Origin: Candidatus Latescibacterota bacterium
GTDB lineage: Bacteria > Latescibacterota > UBA2968 > GCA-2709665
Assembly (NCBI GenBank): GCA_965219995.1
Contig: CBDCOX010000002.1
Coordinates: 1,216,001-1,280,000 of the forward strand
Length of the DNA stretch: 64,000 bases
Direction of reading: 5' to 3'
Positions within the stretch are counted from its first letter, which is position 1. Every line of letters starts with the position of its first letter. The position numbers and the translations under genes were made by a program. Under the pieces are notes generated by a model, which saw only the letters and a program-made list of their open reading frames with translations, made no database searches and was not told where the DNA came from. Positions 1-10,440 of this stretch are shown piece after piece.

Positions 1-2
1 AT

Positions 3-821
3 CTCGCCATCGTACCCAACCCGGCCTACCCGCTGCATCTCTACGGCGTGGCCATTGCGAACGGCAATGTTCTGAGCCTCCCCCTGCGACCGGAAAAGGA
101 GTTTATCCCTGAAATCCAGATGGTGGCGAGGGAGCTGTGGCCGAAACCGAAGATGATGATTTTCAACTTCCCGAACAACCCCACGACGGCGACGGTTGAC
201 GCTGCTTTTTTCGAAGAGATCGTGGATTTCGCCAGGCGGCAGGAAATCGTGATCATCCACGATATGGCGTATTCCGATATCGTCTTCGACGGCTACCGTG
301 CACCCAGTCTGCTCCAGGTGAAAGGGGCGAAGGAAGTGGGCGTGGAATTCTATACCATGTCCAAGACCTACAACATGGCCGGTTGGCGGGTCGGTTTCTG
401 TCTGGGCAATCCGGAAGTCATCGAAGCGCTGAAGACGATAAAACACTATTACGACTATGGTATCTTCACGCCCATCCAGGTCGCCGCCATCGCCGCCCTG
501 GACGGTCCCCAGGACTGCGTCGTTCAGGCCGCCGAGATCTACCGATCCAGGCGCGACGTGCTGGTCGAGGGACTCAACCGGATCGGCTGGCCCGTTTTCA
601 AACCCAAGGCGTCGATGTTCATCTGGACGCCGATTCCCGACAAATACCGCTACCTGGGCTCCATGAGGTTTGCCCTCAAGATGATGGAGGAAGCGGAGGT
701 CGCTGTTTCACCGGGGATCGGTTTCGGCGACATGGGCGAGGGTTACGTTCGTATTTCTCTCATTGAAAACGAACACCGGATCCGTCAGGCCATCCGAAAT
801 ATCAAGCGGGCATTCTTCTGA
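3..821 (+). CDS. Class I/II PLP-dependent aminotransferase, AlaC/LL-DAP-aminotransferase-like (5' truncated by window edge)
   Basis: Frame open from window start (LAIVPNPAYPLHLYG); NFPNNPT, HDMAY, SKTYNMAGWRVG (PLP lysine); C-terminal VRISLIENEHRIRQAIRNIK resembles AlaC. Confidence 0.85.
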   Translation, partial: LAIVPNPAYPLHLYGVAIANGNVLSLPLRPEKEFIPEIQMVARELWPKPKMMIFNFPNNPTTATVDAAFFEEIVDFARRQEIVIIHDMAYSDIVFDGYRAPSLLQVKGAKEVGVEFYTMSKTYNMAGWRVGFCLGNPEVIEALKTIKHYYDYGIFTPIQVAAIAALDGPQDCVVQAAEIYRSRRDVLVEGLNRIGWPVFKPKASMFIWTPIPDKYRYLGSMRFALKMMEEAEVAVSPGIGFGDMGEGYVRISLIENEHRIRQAIRNIKRAFF

Positions 822-832
822 GAGGATCGGCT

Positions 833-2026
833 TTGAACGTCACCGAAGGGAGTTGCATCTGCCCCGAAGGATTCCGCGCCTCGGGTATCGCCTGCGGCCT
901 CAAGCCGGAAGGCAGGGATATGGCCCTCATCGCGTCAGCCGGACCGGCGGCGGCGGCGGGGGTATTCACGACCAACCGGGTCCAGGCGGCCCCGATCCGG
1001 GTCAACCGGGAACACCTGATCGACAATACCGCGCAGGCCATCGTCGTCAACAGCAGGAACGCCAATGCCTGTACGGGCGAACGAGGGTTGGCCGATGCCC
1101 GGCTCACGGCCCTCGAGGTGGCGCGCGAACTCGACATCGCGCCCGAAGACGTGCTGGTCAACTCGACAGGCGTGATCGGCGTGCCGCTCCCTATGGAAAA
1201 CATCCGTGCGGGCATCCCTGCGGCGGTCCGCGGCCTTCGCGAGGATGGCTGGGCGGACGCCGCTCTCGCGATCATGACCACCGATACGGTGCCGAAGCAG
1301 GCGTCCGTGGAAATCCGGCTCGATGGGCGCACGGTTACCATCTCCGGAATCGCGAAGGGCGCAGGGATGATCGCGCCCGATATGGCCACAATGCTTGGCT
1401 TCGTCGTCACGGACGCCGCTGTGCCGCCGGGACGGCTGGAAACGTGTCTCCACGTGGCTGCAGACCGGTCTTTCAACTGCATCACCGTGGACGGCGACAC
1501 CAGCACGAACGACACGGTACTCCTGCTGGCCAACGGCGCCGCGTGCCGCCGCCCGATATCCGGCGGCGAGGTCGAGACATTTCAGGACGGACTGAACGCC
1601 GTCTGCGGCAGCCTGGCCAGGCAGATCGCGCGCGACGGGGAGGGAGCAACCAAGCTCATCACCATCCGGGTCGCCGGCGCCCCGACCCGTCGGGATGCCC
1701 GAAAGATCGGCCTGGCCGTCGGCAATTCCAACCTCGTCAAGACCGCCGTCTTCGGCAGAGACCCGAACTGGGGCCGGATCCTGTGCGCGATCGGGTACGC
1801 CGGCGTTCCGGTCGAACCCGGCAGGATCTCCGTGTCGATGGCCGGCATCCCCATCTACGGCGAAGGAGGCGGCCTTCCTTTCGATGCCGGGGATGCCATT
1901 CGGGCATTGTCGGCGTCGGACGTGGAAATCGGAATCAACCTCGGCCTGGGTGACGAAACCGCAACGGTCTACACCTGCGACCTGACGTACGACTACGTCA
2001 GGATCAACGCCGAATACACGACCTGA
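833..2026 (+). CDS. argJ: Bifunctional ornithine acetyltransferase / N-acetylglutamate synthase
   Basis: GVFTTN, NANACTG, STGVIG, IMTTDT, KGAGMIAPDMATML (autocleavage Thr), DGDTSTND, DGEGATK, DLTYDYVRINAEYTT. Confidence 0.97.
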   Translation: MNVTEGSCICPEGFRASGIACGLKPEGRDMALIASAGPAAAAGVFTTNRVQAAPIRVNREHLIDNTAQAIVVNSRNANACTGERGLADARLTALEVARELDIAPEDVLVNSTGVIGVPLPMENIRAGIPAAVRGLREDGWADAALAIMTTDTVPKQASVEIRLDGRTVTISGIAKGAGMIAPDMATMLGFVVTDAAVPPGRLETCLHVAADRSFNCITVDGDTSTNDTVLLLANGAACRRPISGGEVETFQDGLNAVCGSLARQIARDGEGATKLITIRVAGAPTRRDARKIGLAVGNSNLVKTAVFGRDPNWGRILCAIGYAGVPVEPGRISVSMAGIPIYGEGGGLPFDAGDAIRALSASDVEIGINLGLGDETATVYTCDLTYDYVRINAEYTT

Positions 2027-2118
2027 CGGGGCGCCGACGTGATGATTGAAGCGGACCCGCGCGGCGGCTCCGGTGAACGCAGCATGCGGTTCCCGTGATC
2101 GCACGCACCCCGTAGTCG

Positions 2119-3321
2119 ATGCAAACCATGGATACGACCGACTCGTCGTTCGCCAGACGCGTTCTCGATATCGATGAATCGCTTACCGTCGCCACGTTTG
2201 CCCGAATGGGTGAATTGAAGCGCGCGGGCATGGATGTCATCGCCCTGGTCGCGGGAGAACCCGATTTCGACACCCCCGGAAACATCAAGGATGCCGGGAT
2301 CCAGGCGATCGTCGACGGACACACCAAATACACCGCGCCCGCGTCGGGCCTGCCCGAACTCAGACGGGCGATCGCGTGCAAACTCGATAGAGAAAACAAC
2401 CTGGCCTACGACCCGTCGGAGATTGTTGTCACCTGCGGCGCCAAACAGGTTATCTTCGACGCGGTCGTGGCGCTGATCAACCCCGGCGACGAAGCCATTA
2501 TTCCCGCGCCTTTCTGGGTCAGCTACGCTGACCAGGTCAGACTGATGGGCGGCCGGCCGGTCATTCTGAAGACAACCGAGGCAACGGGTTTCAGGCTCAC
2601 CCCCGGGATGCTTGCGGACGCCATCACTGCGCGGTCCAAGCTCGTACTCCTGAACAGTCCGTGCAATCCGACCGGCGAAGTGTACACGCCCGAAGAACTG
2701 GGTGCACTTGCCGACGTAATCGCTGATGCCGGCATCTACGCGATCGCGGACGAGATCTATGAAAAAATCGTCTATAACGGCGCCGAGCACGTCTCGATCG
2801 CCGCCATTCATCCTGAGATCAAACGAAGAACGCTGCTTGTCAACGGTTTCTCCAAGGCGTACGCGATGACCGGCTGGCGGGTGGGCTACGGCGCCGGTCC
2901 GCCCGACCTGATGACACTGATCGCCAGAGTACAGAGCCAGGAAACCACCAACACGTGCACGATTTCCCAGTACGCGGCCATCGAGGCGCTCAACGGGCCT
3001 CAGGATAGCGTGGAAGCCATGCGAGCCGCATTCCAGGAGCGACGCAATCTGATCGTCGGCCGTCTGAACGACATGCCGGGGGTCTCGTGCCGCCTTCCGG
3101 GGGGCGCCTTCTATGCCTTTCCGAACGTGTCCGCCCTGTATGGCGAACGGATCGGGAACGACGTCGAACTCGCCAATTACCTCCTGGAAACCGCCGGGAC
3201 GGGCTGCGTACCGGGCAGCGGCTTTGGTTCCGGAGACCACCTGCGCTTCTCCTATGCCGCGTCTTTACCGGAGATTCGGGAGGCCATGGACCGCATCGAA
3301 GCCGCCGTCAGGCGGATTTAG
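2119..3321 (+). CDS. Aspartate aminotransferase-like, class I PLP enzyme
   Basis: GEPDFDTP, LNSPCNPTG, DEIYE, NGFSKAYAMTGWRVGY, GAFYAFP. Confidence 0.92.
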   Translation: MQTMDTTDSSFARRVLDIDESLTVATFARMGELKRAGMDVIALVAGEPDFDTPGNIKDAGIQAIVDGHTKYTAPASGLPELRRAIACKLDRENNLAYDPSEIVVTCGAKQVIFDAVVALINPGDEAIIPAPFWVSYADQVRLMGGRPVILKTTEATGFRLTPGMLADAITARSKLVLLNSPCNPTGEVYTPEELGALADVIADAGIYAIADEIYEKIVYNGAEHVSIAAIHPEIKRRTLLVNGFSKAYAMTGWRVGYGAGPPDLMTLIARVQSQETTNTCTISQYAAIEALNGPQDSVEAMRAAFQERRNLIVGRLNDMPGVSCRLPGGAFYAFPNVSALYGERIGNDVELANYLLETAGTGCVPGSGFGSGDHLRFSYAASLPEIREAMDRIEAAVRRI

Positions 3322-3342
3322 TGTTCTGTCGGAAAGGATCTC

Positions 3343-4314
3343 ATGACCATGACGGACAAGAAGAAAATCTACCTGGATTTCGAGCGTCCCATTGCAGAAC
3401 TGGAGGAGAAGATCGAGGACCTGAAGAACCGTGCCGAGAACGAAAAGTTCGACATGACGGCCGAGCTCTCTACTCTGGAAAAACGGCTGCAAAAGCTGGA
3501 GAACGAAGTCTACTCGGACATGAGCCGGTGGCAGATATACCAGATGGCGGGGCACCCCCAGCGCCCGCATACGCTGGATTTCATACGATTGATGCTCACC
3601 GACTTTACGGAACTTCGCGGCGACCGGACGTTTAAAGACGATCCCGCTCTGGTGAGCGGCTTCGCCCGCCTCGAAGGACAACCCCTCCTGGTCCTTGGAA
3701 CGCAGAAAGGACGCAACACAAAGGAAAATATCCACCGGAACTTCGGCATGGCCCACCCCGAAGGGTATCGAAAGGCGCTTCGCGTCATGAAACTCGCCGC
3801 CAAATTCAAACGCCCCGTCCTGTGTCTCATCGATACGCCCGGCGCCTACCCCGGCATCGGATCCGAGGAACGGAGCGTTTCGGAAGCCATCGCCAGGAAT
3901 CTCTTCGAAATTTCCAGGCTTCCCGTTCCAATCATCGTCGTCATCATCGGCGAGGGCGCAAGCGGCGGTGCGCTCGGAATCGGGGTCGGCGACAGAATCC
4001 TGATGCTGGAAAACGCGTGGTACTCCGTAATCAACCCTCAGTCCTGTTCTCTCATTCTCTGGCGGAATCGCGACAAGAGAGAAGAAGCGGCCGAAGCGCT
4101 GAAGATCACCGCGCCGGATCTGGTTCCCCTCGGGATCGTCGACAGAATCGTACCCGAGCCGTTCGGCGGCGCGCACAGAGATCCCGTGACCGCGGCCGGT
4201 AACCTGAAGCGGATACTGCTGGACGAACTTCAGCATCTCCAGGGCATTCGCCCCGACGAACTGGTGCGCGAGCGGGTCGACAAATTCGGTAGGATGGGGG
4301 TCTGGGACGAATGA
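3343..4314 (+). CDS. accA: Acetyl-CoA carboxylase carboxyltransferase alpha subunit
   Basis: [57 protein letters not shown]. Confidence 0.97.
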   Translation: MTMTDKKKIYLDFERPIAELEEKIEDLKNRAENEKFDMTAELSTLEKRLQKLENEVYSDMSRWQIYQMAGHPQRPHTLDFIRLMLTDFTELRGDRTFKDDPALVSGFARLEGQPLLVLGTQKGRNTKENIHRNFGMAHPEGYRKALRVMKLAAKFKRPVLCLIDTPGAYPGIGSEERSVSEAIARNLFEISRLPVPIIVVIIGEGASGGALGIGVGDRILMLENAWYSVINPQSCSLILWRNRDKREEAAEALKITAPDLVPLGIVDRIVPEPFGGAHRDPVTAAGNLKRILLDELQHLQGIRPDELVRERVDKFGRMGVWDE

Positions 4315-4370
4315 CCCGCACCCGCGACGGTTTCACCGGATCTACATCGTCTCCACACGGCAAAATTAGC

Positions 4371-4404
4371 AAAAAATGGGCCAGTGATTGCCCGTTTTTT
4401 TTTT
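4371..4404 (+). terminator. Probable intrinsic terminator after accA
   Basis: AAAAAATGGGC-CAGTGATT-GCCCG followed by a run of 10 T. Confidence 0.65.
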
Positions 4405-4618
4405 GTCTTGACGTCTTTCGGCGCCGGGATTTTTCTAACTTGCTGTTTACGCGGGACGTTTCTGGATCTGTGCGAAATTCCGGATTCCTGTTAGGGTAGA
4501 ATGGCCCGCGGATACCCTCCACACTGCCAAAAAAATTTTCAGTACGTCCAGCCAGTTGTGTTTCAATATCTTATGCGAACATCGCAACTCCTGTCTCTCA
4601 TTTTTCTCAATTTACCCC

Positions 4619-4647
4619 TTGACGAGAGGGGCATCGAGTTATATATT
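4619..4647 (+). promoter_or_regulatory. Sigma-70-type promoter in the accA-comEC gap
   Basis: TTGACG (4619-4624), 17 bp spacer, TATATT (4642-4647). Confidence 0.6.
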
Positions 4648-4949
4648 TTCAATCGTTCTTGCGAAGAGACTGTCTTCTCATAAGACATTGCCTTGGAGCA
4701 ATTTACATAGACTAATCCGTGCGTTTTTTCCAGCAGAAGCTCGTCGGGAATCGCGCCCGGATTCCAGAAGGAACCGGGGGTTTTCCGCGGTTCGTTTTGA
4801 TGTTGGGCCCGGACCGGCACGATCAAGACAGAAGGTCCCGGGAATTGGACGTCGCAGGTTCCTCGTCTTCCTGGCAGCTATTGTTTTAATGGGCGGTATG
4901 GCCGTTACCGGAATTCGCTTCGGCAACTGATCCAGCCCGGGGGAAGTTG

Positions 4950-5037
4950 AAAGCATCGGCTCTTTGGTTGGCGGCAGTCTTATTGGGGGAGATAATACTG
5001 CCAGCTAGACCGATCACGTAGAACCGCTGCTTTTTTT
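4950..5037 (+). ncRNA. Candidate structured RNA or long terminator hairpin
   Basis: Nested stems AAAGCA/TGCTTT, CGG/CCG, TTGGT/ACCGA, GGCAGT/ACTGCC, TTATT/GATAA closing a GGGGGA loop, followed by a T-run; no family recognised. Confidence 0.4.
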
Positions 5038-5103
5038 CCTATGCATCGAGGCTCGGTGTCGAACCGGTTTTCCAGTACGTCCTGCCGCCCGTTTTTTTCG
5101 TCG

Positions 5104-7473
5104 TCAGCGACCCTCCAGCCATCCCCGTGCGTTTATCCCCTCCTCGTCGATCCTGATTTCCACCGCACCCATCAGATCGGTCCGATAGATCGAGATCCCC
5201 ATAGCCTCATAACGCTGAATCACCTCGGGAGACGGATGGCGAAATTTGTTCCTGATCCCGCACGAGACCGCTGCAAGCTCCGGACGCACACCGTTCAGAA
5301 AAGCGGCGGTGGACGAGGTTCGGGAACCGTGGTGGGCCGCCTTCAACACCTGGGCGTGAAGTCGGTCGCCCCATCGCAGCAGGTCCGAATCGGTCTCATG
5401 TTCGATGTCGCCCGTTAATAGAACGGCGGAACTTCCGTAGGTCAGCCGGATGACCACGGAACCGTTGTTGAGTCCCATCGGGGCCGGCCCTTTTTTCGAG
5501 ACATAATCCGGTGTGGGGTGAAGAACGAGGGCGTCCACGCCGCCCAGTCCCGCGAGCCGGTCCCCAGCCTCCACTGAGGCATAACGGATGCCCTTCTCCT
5601 GGATCAGCGTCCGGATCCGCCGCGCCGTCCAGGAATCGTAATGTTGCCCGGCGTCCAGGTACCATCCGACCTTTACCCTCTCCAGGAGCGTCACGAATCC
5701 GCCGATATGATCGCTGTGCGGGTGGGAAGCCACCACCACGTCGATGCGGCTGATTCCCTCCGCCTTCAAAAACGGGATCAGCACCCGCTCTCCCATATCG
5801 ATGTTCACCGCACGCAGACCGCCGTCTACCAGCATGGTCCTCCCGTTCGGAAACCTCAGAAAGATTCCGTCACCCTGTCCCACGTCCAGTATCAGCAACC
5901 GCAGGCCGGCGCCTCGCGACCAGAAGTCCGACCAGACCCAGAGATTCGCCAGACACAACGCGACGATCACAATCCCGCGGCCCCAACGCTGCGACCTGGC
6001 TTCGGGAAGGATGAGGAGGACCGCGCAGAGATACAACCCCACGGTCGTCCAGCCGGGTCGCGGTATTTCCACGGCGGCCCAGGCCGGTCCGGCGAACCAG
6101 CCTGCCGTCTGGATGGCACCCTTCAGGACAAGCCAGTTTGCGCCGTTCAACAACGCGGCGACCGGCGGAGAAACGTGAAAGACGATCACGCCGAGCAGCC
6201 CCAGCGCGACGGCAGCCGCCATCAGGGGCACCACGACCAGATTGGCGAGAACCGAGACAACCGAGAGAAAACCGAAATAGGTCAGCACGAAGGGCAGCGT
6301 GCCCACCTGCGCAGCCACCGATACGGCCAGCGGCGACCATACCCAGTGTGCGAGGCCGCCCGCGCCGCCACCTGGCAGCCAGGCGCGGATCGGTCGATAG
6401 AACAGCAGGATTCCTCCGGTGGCGGAAAAAGAGAGTTGGAATCCCACGTCGAACAGGTCCTGGGGCCTGAAAACCAGAATCACAAGAGCCGCCAGCCCGA
6501 GTGAATTCAACCCATCGCCCTGCGTGTTTCCCAGGCGACCCCAAATGGTGATCGCGCACATCATGGCGGCTCTCACCACCGACGGCGGAAGCCCGGTTAC
6601 CAGCGCGTAGAGCAGCACGCCGCAAACGGTTGCCCAGGCTGTGGTTCTCCTGCCGCATCCGAGCGCGCCGAGACCGAAGAAAACCACTGCGGCAATCAGA
6701 CCCACGTGCAGGCCGGAAACGGCCAGGACGTGGTTTACGCCGGCCCTCGTAAACGCGGTCCGCACGCCGTCTGCCACCCCGCGTTTCTCGCCCAGCAATA
6801 CCCCGTTCAGCAGTCCCGCCGGCCCTCCCGAAAGGTTGTTCGCCACGCCGCGGCGCACACCCCTGCGCACGGGCAGCACGACGTACGTCCACAGCCAGCC
6901 CCCCCGGCCCGCGCGGGTGTCCAGGACCTGTTCCGTCCTGAACACCGACCCCATGGCGTGGATTCCCTTCCGTTTCAGAAAGGCTCGGTAATCGAACGCG
7001 CCCGGATTTCTGGCCGGGTGCGGCCGCCGCAGGTTGAGCCGCGTCACCAGACGGTCTCCGTAATCCACCCGCGGCCTGAACTTCCAGAACCGCACGAGAA
7101 CCGCGCCACGAACCGAAAACACCGTATCACGCACGGCCACCCTCTCTGCGGCGAGCCGCAGTCGCAGCCCGTCTTCCATCCATTCAGGTTCTTCAGCAAC
7201 GCGCCCGTGGAGCACCACCGGATGGTCCCGCCCCGCAAGTCGCGCAACATGGTCTTCGGGCAACCGCTGCGTAACGCTTTCGTACCTGAGGGCCCCCAGA
7301 ACAAGCAAGAGGGCCGCCGGCCACGCGGTGCGCCGTTTCCACCGGATCAGCGACACGATCCAGAGCGCGAGACCACCGCCCCAAAGCGTCCATACCGGCA
7401 ACTCCCACAGATGTGCCAGGAGCACGCCCGCTGCAAAAAACGCCGCGGACGACAACGCCGGACGATACATCAC
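5104..7473 (-). CDS. comEC: DNA uptake competence protein ComEC/Rec2
   Basis: NPGAFDY, HVLAVSGLHVG, VVRAAMM, GFQLSF; metallo-beta-lactamase domain DVGQGD, SHPHSDHIGG, NNGSVV, LLTGDIE, HHGSRTSS, FRHP. Confidence 0.96.
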   Translation of the reverse strand: MMYRPALSSAAFFAAGVLLAHLWELPVWTLWGGGLALWIVSLIRWKRRTAWPAALLLVLGALRYESVTQRLPEDHVARLAGRDHPVVLHGRVAEEPEWMEDGLRLRLAAERVAVRDTVFSVRGAVLVRFWKFRPRVDYGDRLVTRLNLRRPHPARNPGAFDYRAFLKRKGIHAMGSVFRTEQVLDTRAGRGGWLWTYVVLPVRRGVRRGVANNLSGGPAGLLNGVLLGEKRGVADGVRTAFTRAGVNHVLAVSGLHVGLIAAVVFFGLGALGCGRRTTAWATVCGVLLYALVTGLPPSVVRAAMMCAITIWGRLGNTQGDGLNSLGLAALVILVFRPQDLFDVGFQLSFSATGGILLFYRPIRAWLPGGGAGGLAHWVWSPLAVSVAAQVGTLPFVLTYFGFLSVVSVLANLVVVPLMAAAVALGLLGVIVFHVSPPVAALLNGANWLVLKGAIQTAGWFAGPAWAAVEIPRPGWTTVGLYLCAVLLILPEARSQRWGRGIVIVALCLANLWVWSDFWSRGAGLRLLILDVGQGDGIFLRFPNGRTMLVDGGLRAVNIDMGERVLIPFLKAEGISRIDVVVASHPHSDHIGGFVTLLERVKVGWYLDAGQHYDSWTARRIRTLIQEKGIRYASVEAGDRLAGLGGVDALVLHPTPDYVSKKGPAPMGLNNGSVVIRLTYGSSAVLLTGDIEHETDSDLLRWGDRLHAQVLKAAHHGSRTSSTAAFLNGVRPELAAVSCGIRNKFRHPSPEVIQRYEAMGISIYRTDLMGAVEIRIDEEGINARGWLEGR

Positions 7474-7651
7474 CGCTCCCTCCGTTTGGCCCCGGGTTCG
7501 CGATACGCTTCTGCAAATTTCGTGCCGCTCCCGATAGCGGCGGATTTACGGGGATTCCCGTTGTTGTATGGAACGATCCTTTCAATCGATGTCACGAAAT
7601 GTTCATGGGTATCCCGTCCCTCCCGGGACTCGACGCCGCCGGAACAATCAA

Positions 7652-7680
7652 TTGACAATACCCGGTGGAGATACTATATT
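7652..7680 (+). promoter_or_regulatory. Sigma-70-type promoter of the truA-led operon
   Basis: TTGACA (7652-7657), 17 bp, TATATT (7675-7680), about 70 bp upstream of truA. Confidence 0.75.
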
Positions 7681-7750
7681 TCGGTGAAAATCCGTCGGTC
7701 AGCGGTCTACATTCGCGGCGTCCCCGACATTTCATGCCGATCCAGCTGGA

Positions 7751-8497
7751 ATGCAACGGAATATTCGGCTTCGACTGGAATACGACGGTACAGATTTCAA
7801 GGGCTGGCAGATTCAGCCCGACCAGCGCACCGTCCAGGGAACACTGGAGTCCTGCCTGGAGTCGCTGATGGGACACCGGGTCCGCACCGTCGGCGCCGGG
7901 CGCACGGATGCAGGCGTTCACGCACTCGAGCAGGTGGCCAATTTTGCCACGTTCAACCCGCTGCCGTTGCAACGCGTCGAGGCCGCATTGAACAGGTTGT
8001 TGCCGCCCGACGTGGTCGTCCTAAACGCAGACGAGGTTTCACCCACGTTTCACGCACGACGTTGCGCAAGTCGCCGGAGTTACCTGTATCGCATCACGTA
8101 CCGCCGCCGGGCCATCGGCCGCGGACAGGCGTGGCACCTGCGAAGCAGGCTGAATATCGACGCGATGCAGTCCGCGGCGACACACACGCTGGGCTGCCAT
8201 GATTTCACGTCGTTCTGCGTGGCTGCGGCCGAGAAGGAGAACCGGGTCTGCCGCGTATTCGAGTGCATGCTGACCAGCATCGACGACGCCGTCCACGTGG
8301 AGATTTCCGCCGACAGGTTTCTTCGATCGATGGTGCGCGGCATTGTGGGTACCCTGGTGCAGGTGGGAAGAGGCACCCGCGCACCCGACGCGATAGACAC
8401 CATTCTGCAGGCCCGTGACAGGCGGTACGCGGGGCCCAGCGCCCCGCCCCAGGGCCTTTTCTTAAAAAAAGTGACTTACGACGACCCGGAAGTATAA
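7751..8497 (+). CDS. truA: tRNA pseudouridine(38-40) synthase
   Basis: EYDGTDFKGWQ, AGRTDAGVHA, FHAR, HDFTSF, FLRSMVR, APPQGLFL. Confidence 0.97.
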   Translation: MQRNIRLRLEYDGTDFKGWQIQPDQRTVQGTLESCLESLMGHRVRTVGAGRTDAGVHALEQVANFATFNPLPLQRVEAALNRLLPPDVVVLNADEVSPTFHARRCASRRSYLYRITYRRRAIGRGQAWHLRSRLNIDAMQSAATHTLGCHDFTSFCVAAAEKENRVCRVFECMLTSIDDAVHVEISADRFLRSMVRGIVGTLVQVGRGTRAPDAIDTILQARDRRYAGPSAPPQGLFLKKVTYDDPEV

Positions 8498-8500
8498 CGC

Positions 8501-9646
8501 GTGCGGCAACCGGTACGGATCGTTCTAAAATGCGTCTTTGCGGGATTGTTACTGGCACTTTCCGCCGATGGTCAACCGGAAGGGGCGTCTCCGGCTGCCG
8601 CCGCGGGTCCTGAGATTGACGCCTCCAGAAAAAACGCCATCGTGCGGGCCGTCGAAAGGGTGGCGCCCTCGGTCGTCGGGGTAACCACGGTTTCCTTCGA
8701 ACACGTCGACGTCCGGGTCGTGCACCCGTTCTGGGATCTGTTCTGGTACCCGGGAACCGTCCGGAAAGAGCGGCCGGGGATCGGGTCCGGCGTGGTCATC
8801 CGGTCCGACGGGTACATCCTGACAAACCATCACGTCGTAGAAGGGGCGCGGGACATCACCGTCACGTTTTCTGACGGCCGGAGCCTGAAGGTTCAGGACA
8901 CCCGGAAAGACGTGATGGTCGACCCCGGCGCGGATCTGGCGGTCATTCGCGTAAACGCAACCGACCTGCCTGTACCGGAGCTTGGAGATTCCGAGGACGT
9001 TATCATCGGCGAGTGGGCGATCGCCATCGGCAACCCATTCGGGCTGCTCATCGAAGAACCCGAACCCACCGTCACCGTCGGCGTCGTAAGCGCCGTAAAC
9101 CGGAACCTGTCGCTGCAACAGGATGAGGGCGGCCATTCCTATTCGAATATGATCCAGACCGATGCGTCCATCAATCCGGGAAACAGCGGCGGGCCCCTGG
9201 TAAACGGCGTCGGTCAGGTCATCGGCATCAACACCTTTATCTTTACCAAGAGTGGGGGTTCCCTCGGGATCGGCTTCGCGCTCCCCGTCAACCGGGCGAG
9301 AGAAATCGCCGAACGGCTGATCGCGGGGGGTGTCCAGGAATTCTGGACCGGTTTCGAGGTGCATCCGAACCTGACGCCAGGGCTGGCGCACGCTTTGGGG
9401 TTATACACGCATCGGGGCGCACTGATCACGCGCGTGGCGGACCGAAGCCCGGCGTCTCGCGCAATGCTGAATCCGGGCGACCTGATCATCTCCGTGAACG
9501 GTCGCGCCGTCCGAAACGCCGACGACGTGGACAGGGTCTTCAATGACGCACGCGTCGGGGACACCCTTTCCCTGGACATTCTACGAGGCAGGGTGCGCTT
9601 TGCGACTCGTCTCCAGCCTGAACGGGCCCCTGCCGTTCAACAGTAG
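8501..9646 (+). CDS. HtrA/DegP-family serine protease with one PDZ domain
   Basis: Signal peptide; GSGVVI, LTNHHVV (His), DLAVI (Asp), QTDASINPGNSGGPL (Ser); C-terminal PDZ. Confidence 0.94.
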   Translation: MRQPVRIVLKCVFAGLLLALSADGQPEGASPAAAAGPEIDASRKNAIVRAVERVAPSVVGVTTVSFEHVDVRVVHPFWDLFWYPGTVRKERPGIGSGVVIRSDGYILTNHHVVEGARDITVTFSDGRSLKVQDTRKDVMVDPGADLAVIRVNATDLPVPELGDSEDVIIGEWAIAIGNPFGLLIEEPEPTVTVGVVSAVNRNLSLQQDEGGHSYSNMIQTDASINPGNSGGPLVNGVGQVIGINTFIFTKSGGSLGIGFALPVNRAREIAERLIAGGVQEFWTGFEVHPNLTPGLAHALGLYTHRGALITRVADRSPASRAMLNPGDLIISVNGRAVRNADDVDRVFNDARVGDTLSLDILRGRVRFATRLQPERAPAVQQ

Positions 9647-9691
9647 GTCATACGGAAACCGGGTAGAACTGAATTACGGAGCCATGACGCC

Positions 9692-10408
9692 ATGAGAAAA
9701 AGGGCCGCTGTCCCGAGCATGGTTACACTCTGCAATCTCTGCTGTGGATTCCTTGCGATCGCGTACGCCATCGACGGGAAACTGGTCCCGGCGGCGTGGC
9801 TGATCGTTATCGCGGGCTTTCTCGACGCCTTCGACGGCAAACTCGCCCGGCTGATGGACTCGCCCAGCAACTTCGGCGTTCAGTTCGACTCCCTGGCCGA
9901 CGTCTGTTCGTTCGGCGTGGCGCCCGCGGTCCTGATGTTCCAGTACCTGCAGGGTCTGCTGGACGCCGTGTGGTTGCCGTTCGCGGCCTGCTTTCTGTTC
10001 CTGCTGTGCGGCGCGCTGCGGCTGGCGAGGTTCAACGTTCAGGTCAAAGGCGACGAAAAGGAGGACTTTGTCGGCCTTCCCATTCCCTCGGCCGCCGGAA
10101 CGATGGCCGCATATATCGTCTTTGCCGAGCGGGTCTGGCAGAGCACCCGGGAACCCCACGTCGCCCTTCTCCTTTGCGTGGTTCTGGGACTGCTGATGGT
10201 CAGTCCGTTCGGATATCCCGCCTTCCCCCGGTTCAGCATCGAAACCAGGAGGGACCGCTGGAGGCTGGGAATCGCCCTTGCCGCGTTTATCCCCGTCGCG
10301 GTATTTCCGGACGAAGCGTTTTTTCCGATCGCGTTTGCATTTTCGATCTCGGGCGCCGTGCGGTGGCTGTCGCATCTGATTGTCCATAGAGAAGTTGCGG
10401 ATATGTGA
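9692..10408 (+). CDS. pssA: CDP-diacylglycerol--serine O-phosphatidyltransferase
   Basis: CDP-alcohol phosphotransferase motif DAFDGKLAR...FGVQFDSLADVCSFG, LRLARFN, FVGLPIP. Confidence 0.92.
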   Translation: MRKRAAVPSMVTLCNLCCGFLAIAYAIDGKLVPAAWLIVIAGFLDAFDGKLARLMDSPSNFGVQFDSLADVCSFGVAPAVLMFQYLQGLLDAVWLPFAACFLFLLCGALRLARFNVQVKGDEKEDFVGLPIPSAAGTMAAYIVFAERVWQSTREPHVALLLCVVLGLLMVSPFGYPAFPRFSIETRRDRWRLGIALAAFIPVAVFPDEAFFPIAFAFSISGAVRWLSHLIVHREVADM

Positions 10409-10440
10409 ATCGGCCTGAAACGAGCGTGGAGCGGAAATCG

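Noticed and set aside
763-3240. Long alternative-frame and antisense ORFs over argJ and the aminotransferase (similar ones at 10998-12398, 25768-27441, 42026-43543)
   Set aside because: Shadow ORFs expected in GC-rich coding DNA; Arg/Gly/Pro-rich with no motifs, overlapping well-supported genes
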